Positions 48,285 to 57,344 of a DNA stretch of 64,000 nt are shown here, in pieces; position 1 is the stretch's first letter, and each line of letters opens with the position of its first letter. The stretch lies in IMG/VR virus record IMGVR_UViG_3300027917_000033, positions 1 through 64,000 of that record; one strand, given 5' to 3'. This DNA comes from a virus. The notes below the pieces were generated by a model. It was not told where the DNA came from. It ran no database searches and saw nothing but the letters and a program-made list of their open reading frames with translations. Both the position numbers and the translations under genes were made by a program.

Positions 48285-48692
48285 ATGAATGATATTAAGA
48301 AAATAGCAGGCCTGATCACTGAAGATCCTGATGTGATACAGGAAACCGGTTTATCAGATTTGTATGAACAAGAAGCAGAATTATTAAAAGCATTATGGGG
48401 ATACCTTGAGGAAGAAGGGATCCAAATGGAGGCCGGGTCTCATCTAACTCGTGGTGTGCCAAAAGGTATGACCAGGCATCCTGAAACTGGGCCGCAATTG
48501 TGGAGAAGATCTCCAAATGGTAGGATTGATATCTGGAAAACACCAGGGCGACTGGCAAAGAGTGACCACGATTACACTGCATCTTACGATGCCGGGTGGT
48601 CATCTAAAGGGCGTTTATATTTTAGATTCAATGTATGTGACCCGGAATCGTTCCCAAAGGTTAGGGATTTCATTTTAAAGCATACAACATGA
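48285..48692 (+). CDS. ITEDPD leader + DPxS-family domain
   Basis: IAGLITEDPD; LSDLYE; YLEEEGI; NVCDPESFPKVRDFI. Confidence 0.85.
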   Translation: MNDIKKIAGLITEDPDVIQETGLSDLYEQEAELLKALWGYLEEEGIQMEAGSHLTRGVPKGMTRHPETGPQLWRRSPNGRIDIWKTPGRLAKSDHDYTASYDAGWSSKGRLYFRFNVCDPESFPKVRDFILKHTT

Positions 48693-49048
48693 AACCAGAA
48701 GACATAGCGAAAAGAATCACTGAAGATCCTGATGTGATACAGGGAATGCCAGATTTGGTTGTGCCATACACCCTGTTTGACGATGATGATTATGAAGTTG
48801 CGGTGTCTGTCGGTGGCGATTTAGACGATACAATGCTCCAGGACATACTGTTTGCCAAAGAAAAACGTACTGGCAGACTATTGGATGGTGACGAATTTGC
48901 CAGTTTGAACGCTGCTGAGGGCATAGATTATATAGGACAACTTGAAGATCGGATTAACGAATATTATGCAGATGCTGGGATGATAGACGACGTCGATGCT
49001 TATAAACGCACTAAGGAAGACGAATTACTTGGAAGACACGGATATTGA
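48689..49048 (+). CDS. ITEDPD-leader acidic hypothetical protein
   Basis: MKPEDIAKRITEDPD; very D/E-rich. Confidence 0.8.
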   Translation: MKPEDIAKRITEDPDVIQGMPDLVVPYTLFDDDDYEVAVSVGGDLDDTMLQDILFAKEKRTGRLLDGDEFASLNAAEGIDYIGQLEDRINEYYADAGMIDDVDAYKRTKEDELLGRHGY

Positions 49049-49425
49049 AATTGCCGGTGTTATATGAAGAAATAGACAAGGCTAGTTATGATGTAGCAGA
49101 ACTGCTCGTAAAATTTTTGCAAGATGTTAAACTTCCTGGCAACCCTGAAATAGACAGCCACTCTCCCCCGTGGCGGGCTGGCCGATCGAGTGCTGCTGCT
49201 GTAATTACAGTTAGAGCACGTATTGCATGGCGTTTTCAATTTCAAGCACTTGCTAGAATAATTGTGTATGATGATGGAACGATTGACCTGGCAACTGGAT
49301 TGTGTAAAAAGGGCGATATGGTACCAAGGATTGGCGCGAGTCATTGGCAATATAATTATTATGACCCAAAATCATTTGGGAACATAGAGAGACGTCTTAA
49401 AGAGTTGTTCGGTAAATATTTTTAA
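49045..49425 (+). CDS. DPxS-family protein, paralogue of second domain of 1996-2718
   Basis: VAELLVKF...LPG, IIVYDDG, GLC, IG, NYYDPKSF. Confidence 0.8.
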   Translation: MKLPVLYEEIDKASYDVAELLVKFLQDVKLPGNPEIDSHSPPWRAGRSSAAAVITVRARIAWRFQFQALARIIVYDDGTIDLATGLCKKGDMVPRIGASHWQYNYYDPKSFGNIERRLKELFGKYF

Positions 49426-49432
49426 TATAGCA

Positions 49433-49490
49433 GGGGCGAAGCTCACGAAGCTTCGCCCCCTGGTGTTGATCTCCGACGATCAACACCTTT
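49433..49490 (+). terminator. Two tandem hairpins, second followed by ttt
   Basis: ggggcgaagct/agcttcgcccc and ggtgttgatc/gatcaacacc. Confidence 0.65.
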
Positions 49491-49515
49491 AGCACCCCGT
49501 TTTAATTTTGATGTT

Positions 49516-49728
49516 ATGATATTATGGGTACTGATGGATCCGAAGAATATGTCTCCGGTACTTCCGGGCTCAACTTGGATATATCGCGGTCTGATGATCT
49601 TTGTTGTCGAAAGTTATGCAATAGATGACGAATGGATCATTACTGCGGTAACTAGGGATGGAGATTCGATGGTTATTTCTACAAATATAGAGAAATGGCT
49701 TGAAGATGCCGATTATCTGGAGACATAA
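49516..49728 (+). CDS. Hypothetical protein
   Basis: Short ORF in + run. Confidence 0.55.
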   Translation: MILWVLMDPKNMSPVLPGSTWIYRGLMIFVVESYAIDDEWIITAVTRDGDSMVISTNIEKWLEDADYLET

Positions 49729-49729
49729 G

Positions 49730-50083
49730 ATGGTTGACTTTGTGCATCCGTTCCCAGGCAAGAAACCAGGTGACAAAATCACGAAGCAAGAGCTGATTAG
49801 TGCTCTTCGCCTGTCACTATGTGCTGAAGAAGAAGCAACTCATCTTTACGACACAATAGCCGAATATACAGATGACGAAAGAGTCAAAAAAGTCATGAAG
49901 GATGTGGCCAATGAAGAACAGGTACACGTTGGCGAATTCCAAAAATTATTAGATCTCATGGAAGATGACGAAGAGGAGAAAGTAGGGGAGGGTAAGAAAG
50001 AAGCCGAAGAGAAAATAGAATCTATACAGAAACAGATAGCAGATTTTATCACAGAGGACCCGGATTGGTCCGTTAGTAAATAA
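49730..50083 (+). CDS. Ferritin-like (rubrerythrin/encapsulated-ferritin type) protein with C-terminal ITEDPD
   Basis: AEEEATHLY...DVANEEQVHVGEF di-iron pattern; QIADFITEDPD at end. Confidence 0.82.
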   Translation: MVDFVHPFPGKKPGDKITKQELISALRLSLCAEEEATHLYDTIAEYTDDERVKKVMKDVANEEQVHVGEFQKLLDLMEDDEEEKVGEGKKEAEEKIESIQKQIADFITEDPDWSVSK

Positions 50084-50087
50084 TTAT

Positions 50088-50684
50088 GTGGATCGTACGC
50101 TACATATAGTATGCGGCGGACATAACGCCGGTAAATCGGTCTTTTCAAGATACTTGCAGATAGGTAAGAAAAATATCTATAGGCTGTGTTTTGAAGAAGT
50201 TGCATATAGTATAGGTGTTGGCCCAAATCAAGACAAGATTTTCTATCAAATGCTTATGCTGTTTTTGAACAGTGGTGATGCAATTGTAGAGGGCATCAGA
50301 TTCAACGACAGGGAAATGAGGGAAAGAGTGATAACAATAGCTGGTGCGATGTCGCCCAGAATTGTTGCATATGTGATGAAACGACCAGTAGAAGATTGTT
50401 ACGATGAGTATTATTCCAATGATGAAGTAGAAATTAGCCACACACTAGATTACCCTAAATTAGACGAGGGTGTCAATAGAGTTATTTCTGTGTCATGGGT
50501 AGACTCAACAGAGCCAGTAGTATACGGTGATGAAGTATTGATGGTAAAACCAAAACTGACCACTGTTTATGAAATTGACGACAAAAGCCCAATTGTTGTT
50601 AAGCCAAAGAAGAATATAATCAAACGTAAATTGGAACGCAATAAACGCAGTTATATTATTGAGAAGCCAAAAAAGAATGGTTGA
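50088..50684 (+). CDS. P-loop kinase-like protein
   Basis: IVCGGHNAGKS; PKLDEG; PNK/AAA_33-like. Confidence 0.55.
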   Translation: MDRTLHIVCGGHNAGKSVFSRYLQIGKKNIYRLCFEEVAYSIGVGPNQDKIFYQMLMLFLNSGDAIVEGIRFNDREMRERVITIAGAMSPRIVAYVMKRPVEDCYDEYYSNDEVEISHTLDYPKLDEGVNRVISVSWVDSTEPVVYGDEVLMVKPKLTTVYEIDDKSPIVVKPKKNIIKRKLERNKRSYIIEKPKKNG

Positions 50685-52824
50685 AATTCCGTCACCACCA
50701 AGATTGCCTACATATGGTATGACAGATGGCGACCAGGTAATGGATGGTAATGGAAATATTTATGAATACAATGCTGAGAAAAACGAATGGATTTATCGAG
50801 GGCAGATAGAAGTCCCCGCACAGGTATCGTACGAAAATGATGGTGTGATATATCCGGAAGTATATCGAAGATTGGCTTTAATCCAGGAACTATTAGATCG
50901 TGGCATAGACTTTGGGCTATTTAAACTTGATACACCTGGCAGGATTCCATATTACTACTACTTTTATTCGTCTGACGATTTGATCAGGTTTTACCCACAA
51001 TCGAACAGCAGGCTTGGTATTGAAATTGATCGCCCCAGGTTGTATCAGAAACTGCTGAGAAACTGCTGTGTCGGTCCTAAGGGTGAGACTGGAGCAAAAG
51101 GCACAACTGGTCGTGCTGGGATACCGGCAGCCGATGAAGAATTTAAATCACCGACGACCGTTACGTCTGGTAGTTTCGAATTTTCTACGACAGTTAATAC
51201 ACCAATAGACACTGATATTTCTATTAGGTTGTTCAGGGGCAACACGGTCCTTGTTGAATACCTGGTCTCAATTGCCAGTAGCTCTGACATCATCACTGCT
51301 GGAGGGGCTCAAAATTTAACAGATATTGAGAAGCAAGCGGCAGAATTAGAATTTGAAGCGAGAGGTAAAGTTGAAGAAGGCAAAATTGAAGACGCTATCG
51401 ATAAGTATCAACAAATTGTTGGTTTGGGGGTTGGTGTAGAACGCGTACAACTGATAATCGATTCTCTACAAGAGACGAACCAAGTGCCAGATGAGCAGAT
51501 ACCATTGACTATCATTATTTATGATGATGACATAAATGTAGACATAACGAACACTGAAATTAATTTTGATCCTGACAATAACAGATTGTGGGGGATGCTA
51601 TCGTTTACAGCTGGCGACGGTGATATCGCTAGCTGGCAGTATAAGGCAAGACAGAGAGGACCAAAGGGGTCAGCTGGCAGTGATGGGTCGGCCTTTCTTG
51701 AAGTTACCTCTCAGACGATAGGCGATTCATCAGTCACTAGTGGTTCTGCGGTAGTGTCGGTCAGGAAATCTGATTTAACAAATAACATAGTATATCTATC
51801 AAGCGATTTACCAACGGATGTATGTGTTAGTAATCTGGCACTAAGTGCGAGCACTTTGCCAATCGGAGACATTCTGTCATCAAAATATGTTTCGGCCAAA
51901 GTGACTACTAGGCGTTGTAAAGACATTGGATCATATGAATATAAGCAGCCTGAATACAGCACACCACCATTAGAACTACCTGCATGGGAGCCAACACCAG
52001 ATTGTGTTTCGGCAGCTAGGTATAGTTCTTACAAATTTGAATGGTGGGACTCGACAGATCCTAAGTATCCATTTAGGATAGTAACTCCGCCGAGGCCAAA
52101 TGACCAATGTTGTCAAGAACCGTTCTTCTGGTGTCCAAATGTAGGAGATAACCCCTGTGGCGTCAACCATTGGAGGTGTGGTGGTCTTGAGAAACTTCCA
52201 AGTGGTGCTGCAAATGCGCAGGGCCTGTCCTGTGATGGGACTGCTATGGAGCCAATCATAAAAGCTCCACAACCACACCCACCTGATTGTGATTGCGACT
52301 GTGACAGCCCTATTGCTTTTGAATTGCAAGATGGTGGTTTGTTAATAGGGACTGTTATTCTGGGGCCAACTGGCGAAGACAGCCATTCGCTCGTCGAATA
52401 TAGTGTAATAGATGGTAGAACTGACACCTACAAAATCAATTTTAAATCGTCTGGATCAATGCAGGCGACTATTAGTTTAGATTGGAAGCCGGAAATTTGT
52501 GGGGGTAAAGATAAAGAAGAAAAGAATTGTCAATTTATTGAAGAATGTGAAGTTCATACTACGGTGGTGTTTGAAGACAATAATCAGAATGCAGAAATAG
52601 ATGGTGGAGGTGCTTCTGAAATCACGACTCTTCCTGGCTATGCTACATTTAATATTACACCATTGTCAGGGACTGAAGTCGATGTGAACATGAGCATCAT
52701 GGTTAATGATACTAGATCGCAGTGCTGCAGAGGCTATTCGATCAGGATTGGCGGTAGTTATACAGGAACGCCAGTTCAGAGTACTGGTGATGTTCAAATT
52801 GTTGATATGAACTGGACACCATGA
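50677..52824 (+). CDS. Large Cys-rich probable virion protein with short collagen-like segments
   Basis: GPKGETGAKGTTGRAG, GPKGSAGSDG; many CC/CxC motifs. Confidence 0.65.
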   Translation: MVEIPSPPRLPTYGMTDGDQVMDGNGNIYEYNAEKNEWIYRGQIEVPAQVSYENDGVIYPEVYRRLALIQELLDRGIDFGLFKLDTPGRIPYYYYFYSSDDLIRFYPQSNSRLGIEIDRPRLYQKLLRNCCVGPKGETGAKGTTGRAGIPAADEEFKSPTTVTSGSFEFSTTVNTPIDTDISIRLFRGNTVLVEYLVSIASSSDIITAGGAQNLTDIEKQAAELEFEARGKVEEGKIEDAIDKYQQIVGLGVGVERVQLIIDSLQETNQVPDEQIPLTIIIYDDDINVDITNTEINFDPDNNRLWGMLSFTAGDGDIASWQYKARQRGPKGSAGSDGSAFLEVTSQTIGDSSVTSGSAVVSVRKSDLTNNIVYLSSDLPTDVCVSNLALSASTLPIGDILSSKYVSAKVTTRRCKDIGSYEYKQPEYSTPPLELPAWEPTPDCVSAARYSSYKFEWWDSTDPKYPFRIVTPPRPNDQCCQEPFFWCPNVGDNPCGVNHWRCGGLEKLPSGAANAQGLSCDGTAMEPIIKAPQPHPPDCDCDCDSPIAFELQDGGLLIGTVILGPTGEDSHSLVEYSVIDGRTDTYKINFKSSGSMQATISLDWKPEICGGKDKEEKNCQFIEECEVHTTVVFEDNNQNAEIDGGGASEITTLPGYATFNITPLSGTEVDVNMSIMVNDTRSQCCRGYSIRIGGSYTGTPVQSTGDVQIVDMNWTP

Positions 52825-53177
52825 GACTGTGCGACCTACATGAAGCAGCCGATAAAATGGCTGCTATAAAGAGAAAAGTTAGAAAAAGAATAATGAAGGG
52901 CGATAGTAGGCTCAAGAAGTTATTAAAATCCACAAATTATAGTATTGACAATGTGATTTACGCAATCAAGAAGGGTGAATGTATGAGCAACCCGGCTTCC
53001 GATGCGAAAGCATTGGGACCAACTTATTTAGAGCAAACCATCTCTAATATCTTACGTGACATGCTTCAAGATAGAGAATTCCCAATCATGAAGCTAAACA
53101 GCATCAGGAAATACTTTGGGTTAGTTAGATTGAACCACAAGGAATTAAGACTTATATCCTATAAAACTTCTGTTTAA
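52821..53177 (+). CDS. Basic hypothetical protein with MRLxxLxE leader
   Basis: MRLCDLHE. Confidence 0.65.
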   Translation: MRLCDLHEAADKMAAIKRKVRKRIMKGDSRLKKLLKSTNYSIDNVIYAIKKGECMSNPASDAKALGPTYLEQTISNILRDMLQDREFPIMKLNSIRKYFGLVRLNHKELRLISYKTSV

Positions 53178-53224
53178 TTCTCCCACCCTGTTACGTATCG
53201 GTATTTGACCTGTATATAAAGCGT

Positions 53225-54283
53225 ATGGACAAGATTATCATAGCTGCGGACATACACTGTGGTGTCAGAGGCAAGCTTGATGACTGCCTGTGGGCTTTAA
53301 AGACCATAAGACAATATGCTAGCGATAATAGCATCGATGTGGTAGTGATCTTGGGCGACTTATTCCATGACAGGGTTAATTTAAACATCAAAGTGATATC
53401 TGGTGTTGCAGATTTTCTCGATGAAGCGAAGTACAAGTACAACCAGGAATGGTTGTTATTTCCTGGCAACCATGACATGTTCATGAGGCATTCGTGGAAC
53501 GTTAATTCGCTCCGTCCGATAAAAAGGCTAGTTACCCTTATTGATGATGTAGCATTAGTCCGTATAGAAGACAGAAAATTCAGAATTGTGCCATTTATAC
53601 AAAAAGAAGAAGTGTTCAGCCGTGTTCTAGACAGGATGGAAGAGAAAATAAGCGGAGATGAGGTATTGTTGACCCATGCCGGTATTTCCGGTGCGAAATA
53701 TAATTCATGTTTTTTGATGCAGCATTGGGGCATTATAGATTTCACAAACACCAATTTCTCAAAGGTGTTTGCTGGTCATTTCCACTGCATGCAAGAATAT
53801 GGGAATGTACACATACCTGGTAGTCCTATTCCATTTAGATTCGATGAAGGCATGGTTGACCACGGGTTCTTTGAATTTGATCTTAATACTAACCAGACGA
53901 AATTCGTTAATATAAATGTCGGCAGAGAGCTGGTAGGCGGTTCGTTGCCACCAGATTATGTGACTATTCCGATAAATGATTTAAGTGATGTTGATGTATC
54001 GAACAACAACATAAGAGTATTTCTTGATCAGGAGAACAAATCGAGGGATGAATTAGACAGAATCAGGAAAGATTTGATGGATCGTGGCGCTATTAAAGTA
54101 GCATGGATGAAGACGAAAGAAGAAGACAGAGAGGTTCCTAGCGGTACAGCATCTCTGGAGCCATCGTCGTTATTAGAAAAATTCATCGAGTTTGATAAGC
54201 CTAAAGGTCTCAATAAGCAATTGCTTCTTTCATTAAACAAGCAGATTATGGAAGAAGCGTTCGACGCGAACCCAAATGAATAA
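53225..54283 (+). CDS. sbcD: SbcD/Mre11 (gp47-like) nuclease
   Basis: ADIH, LGDLFH, GNHD, TH, GHFH, GSP; adjacent Rad50. Confidence 0.9.
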   Translation: MDKIIIAADIHCGVRGKLDDCLWALKTIRQYASDNSIDVVVILGDLFHDRVNLNIKVISGVADFLDEAKYKYNQEWLLFPGNHDMFMRHSWNVNSLRPIKRLVTLIDDVALVRIEDRKFRIVPFIQKEEVFSRVLDRMEEKISGDEVLLTHAGISGAKYNSCFLMQHWGIIDFTNTNFSKVFAGHFHCMQEYGNVHIPGSPIPFRFDEGMVDHGFFEFDLNTNQTKFVNINVGRELVGGSLPPDYVTIPINDLSDVDVSNNNIRVFLDQENKSRDELDRIRKDLMDRGAIKVAWMKTKEEDREVPSGTASLEPSSLLEKFIEFDKPKGLNKQLLLSLNKQIMEEAFDANPNE

Positions 54284-56432
54284 GTTGATCATATCAAGTG
54301 TTGAATTCAAAAATTTTCTCAGTTATGGAGACTATGAAACCCAAGTACGCTTGGAGGATAGCGGCCCAGTCCTGATAGTTGGTGACAAATCAGAAAATGG
54401 TTCGAGAGATTTTGGCAATAGTAATGGCGCTGGGAAATCGACAATAACGACAGCCATCCTATGGTGTTTGTTTGGCAGGACATTTAACAAGGCGAAGCCA
54501 GGCGACAAGGTAGTAAATTGGTATACTGGGAAAAATTGTTATGTCACGATTAGAACAGCCGATGGTTGGAAGATCACGAGGACCAGGAAATCTGATAACG
54601 ATAATGAACTGGCTATAAATTATAACGGCGAAGACAAGACATTATCGACACCGACCAATACACAAAAATTTTTAGATAGACAATTTGGGCTTGATTTCGA
54701 TATATTCACGTCTAGTATGTTCTTCGGGCAGTTTTCAGCACCATTCTTAGGGTTGGGCGATCAAAAGAGGAAAGCTGCCCTGGAGAGGTTGTTAAACTTA
54801 GATAAACTCAATTTATGGTCATTAATTTCGAAAGATAAGGCTAAGAAATCAGAATCAGCGATTGGGAAATGTACGATAAAGATAAACGGGTATGAATCTG
54901 AGTTAGCTAAGCACCAAGAGCATAAAGACGCCATGGAGAAACTTGCCGATGATTATGAAAAAGTCAAAGCTGGTAAACTTGCGCAACTGCGCAAAAATGT
55001 AAATCTTAAAGAAAAAGAACGTGATTCAATAATAGTTCCAGACGTTGACAGACTTAGGATCAGGTGGGATGCTATCAACAAAATCCACGAGAAATTAAAG
55101 GATTATGAAACCAGGAGGAATACTACTTCAAATCAAATTGCACAATTGAAATCAAGTATACAGAGAAACATTCAAACGATAGAAAAGCATCAAGATCAAC
55201 TAAAAGGGTTTGAAAGTTATGATATTGACTCCATACGCTTGCAGAATGCTGAAAATAATAAGAACGATGACGAGAGAGCTAGGATTAAGTCGGTTATAGA
55301 TAACCTTAGAAGAAACTTGATAATGAGGCAGGCCACAAAGGACGCCAAACTATCATCTATAACCGAATGGGAATCTCAATCTGGCAAAATATGTCCAAAC
55401 TGTAAACAAAACATAGATCCAGATCATACCAGCCACATCTGTGACCCCATACAAAAGGAAATCAATGAGATTTCCGAACAAATTGAAAGACTAAACAGAG
55501 AAATCGATGAATGGAATGAAAAATTCGGTCAAATAGCAGAAAACATCAGGCTTATATCTGTTGAGGAAGCCATTAAAATAAATTCATCATCAACAATGAT
55601 GAAAGAAGAAGTAAACAGGATGAAGTCTGAGAATGAGGCGTCTATCGAAACAATAGATAAACTGAGTTCAGAAGTTTCGTCAATCAATGTGTTAATAAGT
55701 AAAGTTGGTGAACAAATACAAAAGTCTATCCCGGATATGACAATTGACGAAGCTCTTGAAATAAAGCACAGTAGGAAATTGGTTGAGAATGAAATATTAG
55801 AACTGAACAACAAAATCAATGAGCTCAACAGGGAAAACAATCCGCATGAAGCATCATTGAATTTGATAAAGAACCAAATAAAATCAACGACTGATAATAT
55901 GAACAAAGCGATTGAAGCCAGAGACAGGTTGCAATTGCTATATTCGCACCTAACTTATATCCAATCTGCCTATGGCGACAGGAAGAAAATCAAGAAATTT
56001 ATATTGACTAACCTCATTCCGTCATTGAATCAGAGAGTACAATATTACTTGGAATCATTCGAATGTGATTTTGGCATCGAATTTACACCAACATTGTCCA
56101 TATTGCCGTCTAAATGGGATTATGAATTCTGTTCGGGTGGCGAACAGAAGAGGATAGATATGGCGATAATGTTCGCGCTGTATGACTTGTACGTTGATAT
56201 GTATGGTCAGCAGTGTAACGTTATGGTTCTTGACGAAGTAGATGGTAGATTAGATAGCACAGGTATCGAATCATTTATATCAATTATAATGAATGACTTC
56301 TGCAAGAAGGATGGGATACATCCTGACACAATAATGGTCATTAGCCACAGACAAGAGATGCTCGATGTGTTTCCATCGAAACTGTTGGTGAGGATGGAAG
56401 AGGGATTCTCTTTTATAGAACCTATTATTTAG
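54276..56432 (+). CDS. sbcC: SbcC/Rad50 (gp46-like) ATPase
   Basis: NFLSYG, NGAGKS, coiled coil with CPNC hook, SGGE, LDE, ISH. Confidence 0.92.
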   Translation: MNKLIISSVEFKNFLSYGDYETQVRLEDSGPVLIVGDKSENGSRDFGNSNGAGKSTITTAILWCLFGRTFNKAKPGDKVVNWYTGKNCYVTIRTADGWKITRTRKSDNDNELAINYNGEDKTLSTPTNTQKFLDRQFGLDFDIFTSSMFFGQFSAPFLGLGDQKRKAALERLLNLDKLNLWSLISKDKAKKSESAIGKCTIKINGYESELAKHQEHKDAMEKLADDYEKVKAGKLAQLRKNVNLKEKERDSIIVPDVDRLRIRWDAINKIHEKLKDYETRRNTTSNQIAQLKSSIQRNIQTIEKHQDQLKGFESYDIDSIRLQNAENNKNDDERARIKSVIDNLRRNLIMRQATKDAKLSSITEWESQSGKICPNCKQNIDPDHTSHICDPIQKEINEISEQIERLNREIDEWNEKFGQIAENIRLISVEEAIKINSSSTMMKEEVNRMKSENEASIETIDKLSSEVSSINVLISKVGEQIQKSIPDMTIDEALEIKHSRKLVENEILELNNKINELNRENNPHEASLNLIKNQIKSTTDNMNKAIEARDRLQLLYSHLTYIQSAYGDRKKIKKFILTNLIPSLNQRVQYYLESFECDFGIEFTPTLSILPSKWDYEFCSGGEQKRIDMAIMFALYDLYVDMYGQQCNVMVLDEVDGRLDSTGIESFISIIMNDFCKKDGIHPDTIMVISHRQEMLDVFPSKLLVRMEEGFSFIEPII

Positions 56433-56444
56433 CAAATATAAACT

Positions 56445-56990
56445 ATGATTAATCCCAAAACACAGAACCGTATTAGAAGATCCATCCAAGAAGAGCTGAT
56501 AAAGAGATTGCTTGTTAAATATTTTAAAGATAAAGGATTCTCTGAATCATTCGATAAAATGATATTTCCGCCGATGATATTCGATATGCCATATATGATT
56601 CCAGAGTTATTAAATAGTGTCGAAGTTGTTCCGTTTGTCGAACAAATGGATCCAATAACTAATGTAGTGACGATAGGATGGAATTTATTTGTACTAGGCA
56701 CAAACAGGATGTTTCTTGGTACTTCTACGCATCCCAATCTGATGGAATTCCGCAGAAGTTTGATGGGTCAGCACGGGCAGAAATTGCCAAGCGAAATGAA
56801 AAAGACACCGAAGGCGATTATTGAATTTGTAATGAATATAGTTGGTCGTAACAAGAATGCAATTACGGAATTCCCACCAAATACTAGGATGCCAACCATA
56901 AACAATATGATACCGCCAATTGGTGCTAACAGGCCTAGGATTGGCCCATCGATGTCTGGTGGGTGGTATGAAAGAAATAGGCCGGTTTAA
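56445..56990 (+). CDS. Hypothetical protein
   Basis: gcaaatataa upstream. Confidence 0.7.
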   Translation: MINPKTQNRIRRSIQEELIKRLLVKYFKDKGFSESFDKMIFPPMIFDMPYMIPELLNSVEVVPFVEQMDPITNVVTIGWNLFVLGTNRMFLGTSTHPNLMEFRRSLMGQHGQKLPSEMKKTPKAIIEFVMNIVGRNKNAITEFPPNTRMPTINNMIPPIGANRPRIGPSMSGGWYERNRPV

Positions 56991-57328
56991 CTAAAATCCA
57001 TAAGATCTGCTACCTGATCTGCTTCTTTCCCGAATTTTTCTCTGGGCACTTCTCCGTCGTCTGTATATTCTAAGGTTAGCTGATAAGCACCGCTGTAGCC
57101 TTCTGCTGCTGATACTTTATCCATTAGCTCTGAGCGAACGTGGTCGTCCATTTGCGTCTCTGGCACCCAAACTTTTCTGACTATTTTAACTTTTTTGGCG
57201 ACCGGACCAGCATGAATATTAATTATGTCGCCAACTCTTATTTTGTCTTGTAGCTGGAATGTATATGTCTTCTTGCCAGATTTAATATCTTCCGCGTATT
57301 TGTCGGGCAATTCGATAGCTAAGCTCAT
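56987..57328 (-). CDS. ASCH/PUA-domain protein
   Basis: KYAEDIKSGKKT...VGD. Confidence 0.7.
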   Translation of the reverse strand: MSLAIELPDKYAEDIKSGKKTYTFQLQDKIRVGDIINIHAGPVAKKVKIVRKVWVPETQMDDHVRSELMDKVSAAEGYSGAYQLTLEYTDDGEVPREKFGKEADQVADLMDFS

Positions 57329-57344
57329 TGGTCAATCCTCCGTT

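Noticed and set aside
44866-48740. CRISPR array from the repeated atagcc...atcac.gaagatcc.ga sequence
   Set aside because: Irregular spacing of 90 to over 800 bp, synonymous variation, always in frame; no cas genes
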